DNA of 32,000 nt, taken from assembly GCF_001457595.1 (NCBI RefSeq), contig NZ_LN831039.1, positions 6,720,001 through 6,752,000 on the forward strand. The letters are read 5' to 3'. The translations under genes and the position numbers were made by a program. How positions within the stretch are numbered: position 1 is the first letter of the stretch; the number at the start of each line of letters is the position of its first letter. Under the pieces are notes generated by a model, which had not been told where the DNA came from, searched no databases, and saw nothing but the letters and a program-made list of their open reading frames with translations. Positions 18,073-26,418 of this stretch are shown piece by piece. Source of the DNA: Mycolicibacterium smegmatis. Lineage in GTDB: Bacteria > Actinomycetota > Actinomycetes > Mycobacteriales > Mycobacteriaceae.

Positions 18073-19576
18073 GGCCGGGCCGTTCGCGGCTCACCAGCAG
18101 TTGCCACGCGCGGATCGCGAGCCACAGCTGGGCACGGGTGTCGGCCGTGCCGAGGTCGTCGGCGAGCAGATCACTGATGCGCCGCATCCGGTTTCGCATG
18201 GTGTGGCGATGGATCTGGAGTTCACTCGCGGCGGCCTCGAGCTGACCGTTGTGGCGCAGGAACGCCGTCAGCGCGTCGATCAGTTCGTCGCCTCCTGCGA
18301 GCAGAGGCTCGATGGGTTGGGCGAGCACACGCAGTTCCGCGGTGCTGCGCCCGCCAAGCAACGTGCCGAACACCTTGACCTCGGTGAACTCGGTGATGTT
18401 GCGCCGGGAGTTGGAATGCGCTGCGATCCTGGCCTGCTCGGCCCCGACGACCGCATCGGCGAGGCGCACCGGCTGGCTGGCCCCGCCTCTGACGGTGCGC
18501 CCGGTGACACGTCCGAACTCCTCGACCGCGGCATAGACGCGCCTGCGCCGGGCTGCGTGCACGATGATCGCGAACTCGTCGCCCGTGCTGGTCATCAGGT
18601 ACGACCCGGCCGGTGCGAGGCGCTGCCCCAGATCGTCCTGCGCCGTCAACAGCGGCGTGAACCCAGTGAGCAGCAGGACGACCACCTCGTCGTCGGGCTG
18701 AAAACCCAAGTACCGCAACACCGCACTGTCGGTGGTGCCGGTGCCCGAGAGGATGTCGCGGGTGACGGCGGAGCGCAGCCGGTCCTCGGCGTCGACCACC
18801 CGCGCGGGTTTCTCCAGTTCGATCGAGATGAGCGATACGGCGTGCGCGACGAGCAACCGCTGCGAGTTGGACATCGGCTGCTCGGTGCGCACCGCGAGAT
18901 GCCCGCGCACGGGCTGTGCGGCGCGCAGGGTCTGCACGGTGACATAACCATCCGCGTCGGCGACCACGCCGGCCTGCGCACGCGCACCGGCGCGCCGTGA
19001 CGCCTCCAGCACCTCGACCAATCGCTGGTCGGCCGCACCACGGGTGGCCAGGATGCGGCCCTCGATGTCGGCGACGACGACTGTCGCGGAGAGGCATTCG
19101 GCGAGAGCGTTGACGACCGCGGGGATGCCGCCGCGCAGTGTGGCCCGCGCCAGCACCTGCTGTTGATCGACCATGCGCTGCACGGCGCTCAGTTCGTCGG
19201 CCTTGACGGCGTCGATCACCACGCGGGCGATCGCGATGAACGGTGTCGAGGCAGGCACCTCGAGCACCGGCAGCCCCAGTTCGTCGCCTGCGGCCAGCAC
19301 GGCCGCGGGCACCTCCTGCAGCGTGGTGCCGGTGTCGACGGCGAGCGCCGCGATGCCCGCCGCCGACAGCCGTGCGACGTAGTCGCGTTGTTCGCCGGCT
19401 CCGGCACCGATGTTGATGCCGGTGGTCATGACGAGCTCGCCACCCGCCAGATACGGTGTGGGATCGCGCAACTCGTTGGCGTGGGCCCAGGCGATCTCCC
19501 GGTCCGCGCCCTGCGCGCCGGCCAGCAGCGACAGGCCGAGCGACTCGACCTGTGCCAGCCCGCGCGCGGTGATCAC
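18065..19576 (-). CDS. PucR-family transcriptional regulator
   Basis: N-terminal 'VITARGLAQVESLGLSLLAGAQGADREIAWAHANELRDPTPYLAGGELVMTTG' (PucR N domain) and C-terminal HTH 'ALTAFLRHNGQLEAAASELQIHRHTMRNRMRRISDLL'. GTG start at 19576 overlaps the upstream hydrolase stop. Confidence 0.9.
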   Translation of the reverse strand: MITARGLAQVESLGLSLLAGAQGADREIAWAHANELRDPTPYLAGGELVMTTGINIGAGAGEQRDYVARLSAAGIAALAVDTGTTLQEVPAAVLAAGDELGLPVLEVPASTPFIAIARVVIDAVKADELSAVQRMVDQQQVLARATLRGGIPAVVNALAECLSATVVVADIEGRILATRGAADQRLVEVLEASRRAGARAQAGVVADADGYVTVQTLRAAQPVRGHLAVRTEQPMSNSQRLLVAHAVSLISIELEKPARVVDAEDRLRSAVTRDILSGTGTTDSAVLRYLGFQPDDEVVVLLLTGFTPLLTAQDDLGQRLAPAGSYLMTSTGDEFAIIVHAARRRRVYAAVEEFGRVTGRTVRGGASQPVRLADAVVGAEQARIAAHSNSRRNITEFTEVKVFGTLLGGRSTAELRVLAQPIEPLLAGGDELIDALTAFLRHNGQLEAAASELQIHRHTMRNRMRRISDLLADDLGTADTRAQLWLAIRAWQLLVSRERPGLS

Positions 19577-20382
19577 TCCGCCGGCGCCGCCGCCAACGCC
19601 CGTGACTGGCGGGCCTGTTCGGCCGCGCCGACGAACGCGCCGAACAACCGCATCCGGTCGGCCTCGGGACCGTCGGTGTCCTCGGGATGCCACTGCACGC
19701 CCAGATAGAAGCGGTCGGGATCCTCGACGCCCTCGGTGATGCCGTCGAGTGCGCGGGCCGCCACGACCAGGCCGCGGCCCAGGCGGTCGACAGCCTGGTG
19801 GTGGCCGTTGCGGCCGATCACGCGGTCGGTGCCCAGGATCGACCGCAGCCGGGTACCGGGCACGACGTCGATCGGTTCGTCGACGAACACCGGTTCACCG
19901 GGTCCGCCGTGGTGCAGCTTGTAGTCGACGATGTCACCTATGAGCGACCCGCCGCGCGCGACGTTGAGCAACTGCGATCCCCGGCAGATCCCAAAGATCG
20001 GGCGACCGGCGGCCTCGGCCGCGGCGATCACGGCGAACGCGTCGCGGTCGGCACGCAGATCGACACCGTAGGAGTTCGGGATGGGTTCGCAGGAGCCGTA
20101 ACACGACCCGTCGACATCGCCGCCGCCCAGCAGCAGCAGACCGTCGAAATCCGCTGCGGCCTCGGGGTTCTCCAGCGGTTGCGTGGTGTCCCAGAGCTCG
20201 AACGACGCGCCGAGTGAGACCAGGGTGGCAAGCGCGGTGCGGGTGAACCGCCTGACCAGTCCGGCGTCGTGCTCGTTGATGCCCGGAAAGTTCAACGAGG
20301 CCACCACGCACACGTGCGCACGCACCGACGTGGGCTCGCACGGGTTCGGGATCACGTCTTCACGACGTACCCGAATGGTCAT
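19573..20382 (-). CDS. Gamma-glutamyl-gamma-aminobutyrate hydrolase family protein (class I GATase-like, peptidase C26), copy A
   Basis: 'DFDGLLLLGGGDVDGSCYG', nucleophile 'RPIFGICRGSQLLNVARGGSL', 'GVQWHPED'. Confidence 0.9.
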   Translation of the reverse strand: MTIRVRREDVIPNPCEPTSVRAHVCVVASLNFPGINEHDAGLVRRFTRTALATLVSLGASFELWDTTQPLENPEAAADFDGLLLLGGGDVDGSCYGSCEPIPNSYGVDLRADRDAFAVIAAAEAAGRPIFGICRGSQLLNVARGGSLIGDIVDYKLHHGGPGEPVFVDEPIDVVPGTRLRSILGTDRVIGRNGHHQAVDRLGRGLVVAARALDGITEGVEDPDRFYLGVQWHPEDTDGPEADRMRLFGAFVGAAEQARQSRALAAAPAE

Positions 20383-21092
20383 CGCGATTCCTTTCTCTTG
20401 CGGGCCCGGTCCACCAGGTCGGCGAACAGGGCCGCGTCGCTGTCAGCTGTGGCGTGCCGGTCCTCGGGATGCCACTGCACGGCAAGGATATCGGCCCGCC
20501 GGTGCTCGACGGCCTCGATCACCCCGTCGGCGGCGACGGCCGTCACCGTGAGATCTGCGCCCAGGCGGTCGATGGCCTGGTGGTGGTATGACGACACGTC
20601 GACGGTCTCGGTGCCCACGATCGAGTGCAGCCGCGACCCGGTGACCACCCACACCGGGTGGATGGCGTTGTGGTGCGCCGTGGTGGTCTCGGTGATGTGC
20701 TGTACCAGGGTGCCGCCGAGCGCCACGTTGAGCACCTGCAATCCGCGGCAGATCGCCAGGGTCGGCAGGTCCAGCTCGAGCACCGCGCGGGTCAGGCCCA
20801 GGTCGAAGTCGTCCTGGAACGCGACGGTGTCCTTGGTCTGCGGCGCCGGGTCGGCGCCGTACCGGCACGGTTCGACGTCGGCGCCGCCGGGCAGAAGTGC
20901 GCCGTCGAACGCCGCGAGGCGTTGCGGCAGTTCGGCGAGCGGGTCGGCGGCGGGCCCGTGCAGGATGACGGGCTCGCCGCCGGCGGCCCACACCGCCTCG
21001 CAGATGGCCTCGGCGGCCAGCGTCGCCGAGAACCGCAGGATCGGCACGCTCTCGGCCCGCCGGCCCGGGACCGCGATCAGCGGGCGGTTCAC
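20379..21092 (-). CDS. Gamma-glutamyl-gamma-aminobutyrate hydrolase family protein, copy B
   Basis: 'FDGALLPGGADVEPCRYG', 'LPTLAICRGLQVLNVALGGTLVQH', 'AVQWHPEDRH'. The ORF extends to 21125, but an in-frame GTG at 21092 gives a GTGA overlap with the upstream gene's stop. Confidence 0.88.
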   Translation of the reverse strand: MNRPLIAVPGRRAESVPILRFSATLAAEAICEAVWAAGGEPVILHGPAADPLAELPQRLAAFDGALLPGGADVEPCRYGADPAPQTKDTVAFQDDFDLGLTRAVLELDLPTLAICRGLQVLNVALGGTLVQHITETTTAHHNAIHPVWVVTGSRLHSIVGTETVDVSSYHHQAIDRLGADLTVTAVAADGVIEAVEHRRADILAVQWHPEDRHATADSDAALFADLVDRARKRKESR

Positions 21093-21808
21093 TCGCCGAA
21101 GGGGTAGTCGAGGGTCGGCAGCCATTCCTTCCAGACGTCACGCAGACGTCCCGAGGAGATCAGACGTTCGAGCGCACCGTCGATCTCGGCGAGGGTGTCC
21201 GGCCGGTCCTTGGACACCGCGATGCCCCACTTGTTGGCGGTCTTGACCGTGAAGGCGAGCTCGTAGTCGGGGTGCGTCGCACCCAGCGGCACGAAGACCA
21301 CGTCGTCGTCGACCACGGCGTCGACCTCCTCGGCCAGCAGCGCCGCCAGCATGTCGGCGTACACGTCGTCCGAACCGGCGCCGAACGGCACCGGGATGGC
21401 GCCCGTGAAGGTCTCCGCGAGCTTCATGTTGGTGCTGTTCTCGATCGCGGCGACCTTGCGGCCCACGAGGTCCTCGGGGCTCTTGATCCCAGTGCCCCGG
21501 CGGATCAGCACGCCCTCGTGGAAGATCGCGTAGGGCCTGGTGAAGTCCACCTGCGCCTGCCGTTCGGGGGTGATGCCCTGGCCGCACAACACGGCGTCGG
21601 CGTCACCGCGCTGCACGGCGGGGATCATGTCGACCCAGGGCACACGCACCCATTCGACGGACCTGCCGAGTTCGGCGCCGAGCGCCTCGGCCACGCCGGG
21701 CTCGTATCCCGTGCGTCCGTTCTCGGGGGTCCACAGCGAGAACAGCGGCGGGGCCTCGGCGTCGAGGCAGGCGAGCCGCAAGGGGGCACGGGTGGTCGTC
21801 TCGGTCAC
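21089..21808 (-). CDS. Substrate-binding-protein-like (SBP family 3) protein without an obvious signal peptide
   Basis: 'ACLDAEAPPLFSLWTPENGRTGYEPGVAEALGAELGRSVEWVRVPWVDMIPAVQRGDADAVLCGQGITPERQAQVDFTRPYAIF' is a family-3 solute-binding/periplasmic-binding type II fold. The N-terminus 'VTETTTRAPLRLACL' has no hydrophobic or lipobox segment. Confidence 0.85.
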   Translation of the reverse strand: MTETTTRAPLRLACLDAEAPPLFSLWTPENGRTGYEPGVAEALGAELGRSVEWVRVPWVDMIPAVQRGDADAVLCGQGITPERQAQVDFTRPYAIFHEGVLIRRGTGIKSPEDLVGRKVAAIENSTNMKLAETFTGAIPVPFGAGSDDVYADMLAALLAEEVDAVVDDDVVFVPLGATHPDYELAFTVKTANKWGIAVSKDRPDTLAEIDGALERLISSGRLRDVWKEWLPTLDYPFGE

Positions 21809-23190
21809 GGTGCGTCGCTCCAATACATTTCGCGTTCCCAGTCGGTCACATATCCACAGAACCTGGCCCACTCGTCGGCGTGGAAGTCGATGAGCAGCGA
21901 GGAGAGGTCCGGTCCGAGCGCCTGCGTGAGCACCTCGTCGGCACGGAACGCCTCGATGGCCTCGCCGAGCGTCAACGGCAGTGCGGGGAACCGGGTGTCG
22001 ACGAGCGCGTCGTAGGACGAGCCCTGGGTCGGCGCACCCGGATCGATCTCGTTCTTCATGCCGTCCTCGCAGGCCGCGAGGATCACGGCGTGCGACAGGT
22101 AGGGGTTGACCGCGGCGTCGGGCAGCTTGTACTCGAGGCGGCCGACAGCCGACAACCGCACGGTGCAGGTCTTGTTGTCCAGGCCCCAGTTGATGCGTGA
22201 CGGCGCGAATTGTCCTGCGTCCCAGTACCGTTTGTACGAGTTCACCGTGGAGCCGTTGATCAGCATGGCGCCGGCCGAGTGCGCGAGCAGGCCGCCGAGC
22301 GCGTGCTGGCCGAGTTCGGACAGGTGCAACTCGGTGACGCCGGGTTCGGCGAGCACGTTGACACCGTCGCGCCACAGGCTGAAGTTGTGGTGGCAACCGT
22401 TCCCCATCATTCCGGTGGCGGGCTTGGGCATGAAGCTCGCCTGGATGCCGAGCTCGCGTGCCACCTGCTTGCAGATCTGCCGGTAGGTGGTCAGGCGGTC
22501 GGCGGTGAGATCGGCCCGGTCGTACATGAAGTTCAGTTCGACCTGGAACTCGTCCTCGTAGTCGCCCTCGATCATGTCGAGGCCGAGCGCCTGGGCGTAC
22601 TCGACGACCTTCTTGACGATCGGACGGTTCCGCTCGAGATGCTCGATGTGATAGGCGGGGCTTGACCCGGGGCGGAACTGCGCTTCCAAACCCTCACCCT
22701 GCCAGGTCATCTCGGGCTCGCAGCCGGTGCGCAGCTCCAGACCCGTGCGGTCGGTGAAACCGGCGTGCAGGCGCCGCAGCAGCCCGCGGGAGTCACAGGC
22801 GAATTCGGCGCCTGCACGTTCGGCCAGGTGATCGGGTTCGTACAACCGGCAGAACACTCGCGCGAAACTGGTGTCCCACGGCAGCACCGCGAAGGTCTCC
22901 AGATCCGGGATCGCGGTGTACTCAGGGGCGTTCACGCCACCGGCGAGCAGCACACCCTCGCGGGTGCCCTGCAGGTTGGCCACCGCGGTCTGGTGCTGCT
23001 GCACACCCCTGACGGCGAGGCGTTCGAAGTGCTTGGCGGGAGCGACCTTGCCCACGACCCGGCCCGTGATGGTGACGGCCTGGAAGTAGACGAACTCGAC
23101 TCCCCGTTCGGCGATGGTCTCGAGTACGGCAGCGAGGTCGGGGCTCGTGGCGTTGGCCTGCCGGTGCGCGTCAAGGGGTGTGATGGTCAT
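21805..23190 (-). CDS. Glutamine-synthetase family protein (possible gamma-glutamyl-amine ligase)
   Basis: 'RTGCEPEMTWQG', 'EGDYEDEFQVELNF', 'ASFMPKPATGMMGNGCHHNFSLW' and 'RLSAVGRLEYKLPDAAVNPYL' are GS catalytic-domain signatures. GTGA overlap with the downstream substrate-binding gene. Confidence 0.92.
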   Translation of the reverse strand: MTITPLDAHRQANATSPDLAAVLETIAERGVEFVYFQAVTITGRVVGKVAPAKHFERLAVRGVQQHQTAVANLQGTREGVLLAGGVNAPEYTAIPDLETFAVLPWDTSFARVFCRLYEPDHLAERAGAEFACDSRGLLRRLHAGFTDRTGLELRTGCEPEMTWQGEGLEAQFRPGSSPAYHIEHLERNRPIVKKVVEYAQALGLDMIEGDYEDEFQVELNFMYDRADLTADRLTTYRQICKQVARELGIQASFMPKPATGMMGNGCHHNFSLWRDGVNVLAEPGVTELHLSELGQHALGGLLAHSAGAMLINGSTVNSYKRYWDAGQFAPSRINWGLDNKTCTVRLSAVGRLEYKLPDAAVNPYLSHAVILAACEDGMKNEIDPGAPTQGSSYDALVDTRFPALPLTLGEAIEAFRADEVLTQALGPDLSSLLIDFHADEWARFCGYVTDWEREMYWSDAP

Positions 23191-23195
23191 GGTGA

Positions 23196-23384
23196 TCAGT
23201 CCTCGATCGTGATGGCCTGGAGCGGGCAGACGTCAGCGGCCTCCTCGACCGCGAACCGCTCGGATTCCGAAGGCGTGCTGATGTATTCGAGGACGCCGTC
23301 GTCGGTCATCGAGAACACCGAGGGGGCGGCGATGACGCACTGGCCGTGGTCCTGACAGCGGTTGAGATCAACGGAGACTCGCAT
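23196..23384 (-). CDS. Single-cluster (3Fe-4S type) ferredoxin
   Basis: 'MRVSVDLNRCQDHGQCVIAAPSVFSMTDDGVLEYI...EEAADVCPLQAITI': CxxHxxC...CP motif, typical P450-partner ferredoxin. Confidence 0.93.
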   Translation of the reverse strand: MRVSVDLNRCQDHGQCVIAAPSVFSMTDDGVLEYISTPSESERFAVEEAADVCPLQAITIED

Positions 23385-23429
23385 GATCAATCCTTTGGGT
23401 TGGGCTGTTGGAGCGTTCAGGGGGCTCGT

Positions 23430-24632
23430 TCAGGGGGCCGGGGTGAAACCGATCGGCAGTGTGTTGGGTCCGGTGTTGCCCGAGTCGGGCAGCCAAGTGG
23501 CGCCGGGCAACTCATGCGGGTCGCGCAGGCGGCGGGCCAGCAGCGGCAGCGCCTCGCTCATGTCCGAGCGGGCCACGAAGTGGCCGAGGCAGTGGTGGAC
23601 CCCACCGCCGAAACCGAAGTGCGGCTTGCGTTCTGCGGTGATGTCGAAGCCCGGCTCGAACACGCGCGGGTCGGTGCCTGCCGACTCGCTGTACAGGTGC
23701 ACGGTGGTGCCGGCCTTCAGCGTCACGCCTTCGTACTCGAAGTCCTCGACCACCTCGCGGGTCACCCACCGCACGGTGGGGTTGACGCGCATGACCTCCT
23801 CGACGGCCTTGCCGCCGAGATCGGGACGCTCGCCGAGCAGACGCCACTGGTCCGGATGCTTCATGAACGTCTGCATCGCCAGGCCCAGCTGGTTGCGGGT
23901 GGTGTCGAAGCCCCCGAATATCAGCAGCAGGATGGCATCTCGCAGCTCTTTGTCGCTGAGCCTGCCGTCGTCCGGACGCGACGCATTGACCAGCGTGGTC
24001 ATGAAGTCGTCGCGCGGGTTGGCCCGGCGGTCCGCGATCAACTCGTCGCTGTACTCGTACAACCGCTGCACGGCGGCCTCGATCTTGGGCAGGTCCTCGC
24101 GCAGCGTGACGCCCAGGGCCAGGCCGATGGTCGCGGACTCGGTCGAGATGACCTTCCACTCCTCTTCGGGCAGGCCGAGCATGATCGCGATGACCCGCGC
24201 CGCGTACGGTTCGGCGAACTCGCTGACGAACTCGCAACGATCGGGTTCGGCGAAGTTGTCGATGAGTTCGTTTGCCAGCGCCTGGAATCGGGGCACCAGC
24301 GACCCGATCAGCTTGGGCGAGAACGCGGGGTTCATGAGCCGGCGCAGCCGGTGGTGTTCCTCGCCTTCCTTGTTGAGGATCCAGCTGGCGAACCACTCGG
24401 CGAACGGGCCCTCCGTGACGCCGTTGTGCGCAGGCCACGCGGCGCTGCCCTGGCGCAGTTTGGGGTGCTTGATCAGGCGGTTGACCTGCTCGTAGCGCAA
24501 TACAGCCAGCCCGTAGGGCGTCGTTGCGTACCAGCTCTTCTCGCGGGCTTCGTGGACCTCGTCCGAGGTGATCGAGAATGCCGGGTCCGTGACATCAAAA
24601 CTGGGGACTGAGTCGAGGGTGGTCGACGACAT
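23430..24632 (-). CDS. pipA: Cytochrome P450, probable piperidine/pyrrolidine monooxygenase
   Basis: Heme loop 'FGGGVHHCLG', K-helix ExxR 'EEVMRVNP', I-helix 'LLIFGGFDTTRNQ'. Start at 24632 has RBS GGAGG. Symbol inferred from the neighbouring GntR gene, ferredoxin and GS-like gene, as known for pip/mor loci of mycobacteria. Confidence 0.85.
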   Translation of the reverse strand: MSSTTLDSVPSFDVTDPAFSITSDEVHEAREKSWYATTPYGLAVLRYEQVNRLIKHPKLRQGSAAWPAHNGVTEGPFAEWFASWILNKEGEEHHRLRRLMNPAFSPKLIGSLVPRFQALANELIDNFAEPDRCEFVSEFAEPYAARVIAIMLGLPEEEWKVISTESATIGLALGVTLREDLPKIEAAVQRLYEYSDELIADRRANPRDDFMTTLVNASRPDDGRLSDKELRDAILLLIFGGFDTTRNQLGLAMQTFMKHPDQWRLLGERPDLGGKAVEEVMRVNPTVRWVTREVVEDFEYEGVTLKAGTTVHLYSESAGTDPRVFEPGFDITAERKPHFGFGGGVHHCLGHFVARSDMSEALPLLARRLRDPHELPGATWLPDSGNTGPNTLPIGFTPAP

Positions 24633-24672
24633 CAGTGCTACCTCCAAGGGTTCGCGACCGAACGGTCACTAA

Positions 24673-24719
24673 ATACTCTAGAAGTAGATTGTTAAAGTCA
24701 ATAGGTCGACAACTGTCAA
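24673..24719 (-). promoter_or_regulatory. Candidate P450 promoter with overlapping symmetric element
   Basis: On the minus strand TTGACT (24701-24696), 17 nt spacer, GAGTAT (24678-24673). GATTG-TTAAAGT-CAATAGG (plus, 24687-24705) overlaps the -35. Confidence 0.5.
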
Positions 24720-24782
24720 TTTTCGGGGTTTTTGTTAAGGCTCCATTACGCCTGTTAGAACTGCGTTACTCACCGGTAGAAA

Positions 24783-25499
24783 TCATGCGATTGCAACGAC
24801 CCAGCCGGTCCCCAGCGGCATTTCGGCCACCTCACGGAACTCGTCGGGACCCGGATTCGCGCTCTGCTCCGGCATCTGCGGCAGCCTCGACCCGACGAAC
24901 CACCGCGGCGTGTTCGCGGCCAGAACGCGCCGCTCGGTATTGACCACGACGGCGTCGCGCGCGGTCTGACGCAGGACCGCGAGCAGGTTGCGCTCGACCT
25001 CGCCGACCACCAGGTCGGCACCCGCGATGCCCAGGAACACCTCGTCGGCAACCACGGGGACCGTGGCCGTGATGGTGTACATGTCCGAACCGCTGTAGTC
25101 GACATACGGGCCGTAGGCCACGCGGGCCTGGCCACGCTGCGCCAGCTGGTAGAAGTCCATCTGCAGGTAGTCGTACACGTCCACGCTGGTCGGGTCGAAG
25201 TTGAGCCGTAGCCGGGCCACCCGGTCGTCGCCGCGACGCTGCCACCAGGCCAGATAGCGCTCCTTGCCCTCGACCACGAACGGTGCGGCGATGAACCCCA
25301 TGCCCCATACGTCGTGGCGGCCCTGCAACACGTCGGCGAGCCGGCGCTGCAGCCCACTGAAGTGCGCCTCGGTCAGCGGCGCGCGCGGCGGCCTGATGGC
25401 GAGCACGTCCTCACGGATGCTCTCGAGCAGCCCGAACAGCGGCTCGAGCGCGTCCGAGGCTTCCTTGGCCAAGAGCTCGGCCAGCTGATCTCCACTCAT
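24783..25499 (-). CDS. Cache-domain-like sensory protein without a recognisable transmembrane or output domain
   Basis: 'MGFIAAPFVVEGKERYLAWWQR...YDYLQMDFYQLAQRGQARVAYGPYVDYSGSDMYTITATVPVVADEVFLGIAGADLVVGEVERNLL' matches the dCache/PDC pattern (YxxxxWYxxA-like, GPYxD, GVxGxDL). ATGA overlap with the GntR gene stop at 25496. Confidence 0.72.
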   Translation of the reverse strand: MSGDQLAELLAKEASDALEPLFGLLESIREDVLAIRPPRAPLTEAHFSGLQRRLADVLQGRHDVWGMGFIAAPFVVEGKERYLAWWQRRGDDRVARLRLNFDPTSVDVYDYLQMDFYQLAQRGQARVAYGPYVDYSGSDMYTITATVPVVADEVFLGIAGADLVVGEVERNLLAVLRQTARDAVVVNTERRVLAANTPRWFVGSRLPQMPEQSANPGPDEFREVAEMPLGTGWVVAIA

Positions 25500-26233
25500 C
25501 GGCCGGCCTCCTTCGTCGTGAGATCCAGGTTGATCTGGGTCAGCCGCGCGAGCTGCCCCATCACATGAGCCTCGGCCAACTGGCGGGCCTCCTGTGCGTT
25601 TTCGGCAGCAATGGCAGCAGAGATCGCGTGCTTCTCCTCCACATAGGCGGCCACATCGATGGGTGGCCCGATCGGTAACCAGATCAGGCCCGACACCTCG
25701 GCCTGCAGGTTCGCCTCGCGGCGCGCCAGGCGAGCCGACTGGGCGGCGACCGCGACCTGGATGTGGAACCGGCTGTCGGCCCGGATCCGGTCACGCAGCG
25801 ACGTCGCGGTGTCGAGTTGATCGGTCAGCGCGAACAACCGCCGCACGGTCGACGGCGCGGCCCGCTCGGCGGCCAATCGGGCGGCCTGACCGGCGATCGC
25901 GGTGTGCTCGTCGAACAGATCTCGCAGGTCAGAGGCGCTCATGGCGGCAAGCCGGGCGGTCAGCTTCTCGACCGGCGGCCCTGCGGGCCTGCGGACGAAC
26001 GACCCACCGCTGCGCCCGCGGCGGGTCTCCACCAGCTCGAGTTCACGCAGCGTCGCGAGCGCCTCGCGCACGGTCATCGGGGCGACGCCGAACTGCGCGG
26101 CCAGGTCGACCTCCACCGGCAGGCGTTCACCGTCATCCAGCAGACCCAGATGGATGGCCTCGGTGATGCGCTGCACGATCTCGTCGGCGCGACCCACGGG
26201 AGCCTCGGGCGCGACGAGCGGCGACAGCGACAC
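25496..26233 (-). CDS. pipR: GntR-family (FCD/FadR-subfamily) transcriptional regulator
   Basis: N-terminal wHTH 'DEIVQRITEAIHLGLLDDGERLPVEVDLAAQFGVAPMTVREALATLRELELVETRRGRSGGSFV' plus a helical C-terminal FCD-like domain. GTG start at 26233 with upstream GGAG. Symbol inferred from locus context. Confidence 0.87.
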   Translation of the reverse strand: MSLSPLVAPEAPVGRADEIVQRITEAIHLGLLDDGERLPVEVDLAAQFGVAPMTVREALATLRELELVETRRGRSGGSFVRRPAGPPVEKLTARLAAMSASDLRDLFDEHTAIAGQAARLAAERAAPSTVRRLFALTDQLDTATSLRDRIRADSRFHIQVAVAAQSARLARREANLQAEVSGLIWLPIGPPIDVAAYVEEKHAISAAIAAENAQEARQLAEAHVMGQLARLTQINLDLTTKEAGR

Positions 26234-26344
26234 CGGCGGTTCTCCTTCCGAGATACAGGTGGGCGATCCCGGCGGGGACCGATTCGCCGAAGTGGCGTCT
26301 GGAGATGTCGGCAATCTACCCGATTTGCGACGAATTCTGCCGTT

Positions 26345-26367
26345 CCTATTGCCGGATAAACAATAGG
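26345..26367. repeat. Inverted repeat CCTATTG-N9-CAATAGG upstream of the permease (divergent to the GntR gene)
   Basis: Read directly: CCTATTGCCGGATAAACAATAGG. Perfect 7-bp arms, in the intergenic region between 26233 and 26419. Confidence 0.7.
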
Positions 26368-26418
26368 ACTGTAGTTTTTCGCTCACTTGGCGCAGCACCT
26401 CCAGCAGAAAGCAGGCTG

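Noticed and set aside
21138-22396. Upstream extension of ORF 21089..22396 as an N-terminal domain of the substrate-binding protein
   Set aside because: The extension runs antisense or out of frame through the GS-like gene. The GTGA overlap at 21808/21805 marks the natural start.
23346-24611. Plus-strand ORFs 23346..24611 and 23362..24495
   Set aside because: Antisense of the P450, whose heme, ExxR and I-helix motifs are all present on the minus strand.
24649-24782. Intrinsic terminator in the AT-rich gap between the Cache-like gene and the P450 (TTTTTCGGGGTTTTTG)
   Set aside because: Has T-runs but no convincing GC-rich stem before them. Better explained as promoter/operator region of the P450.
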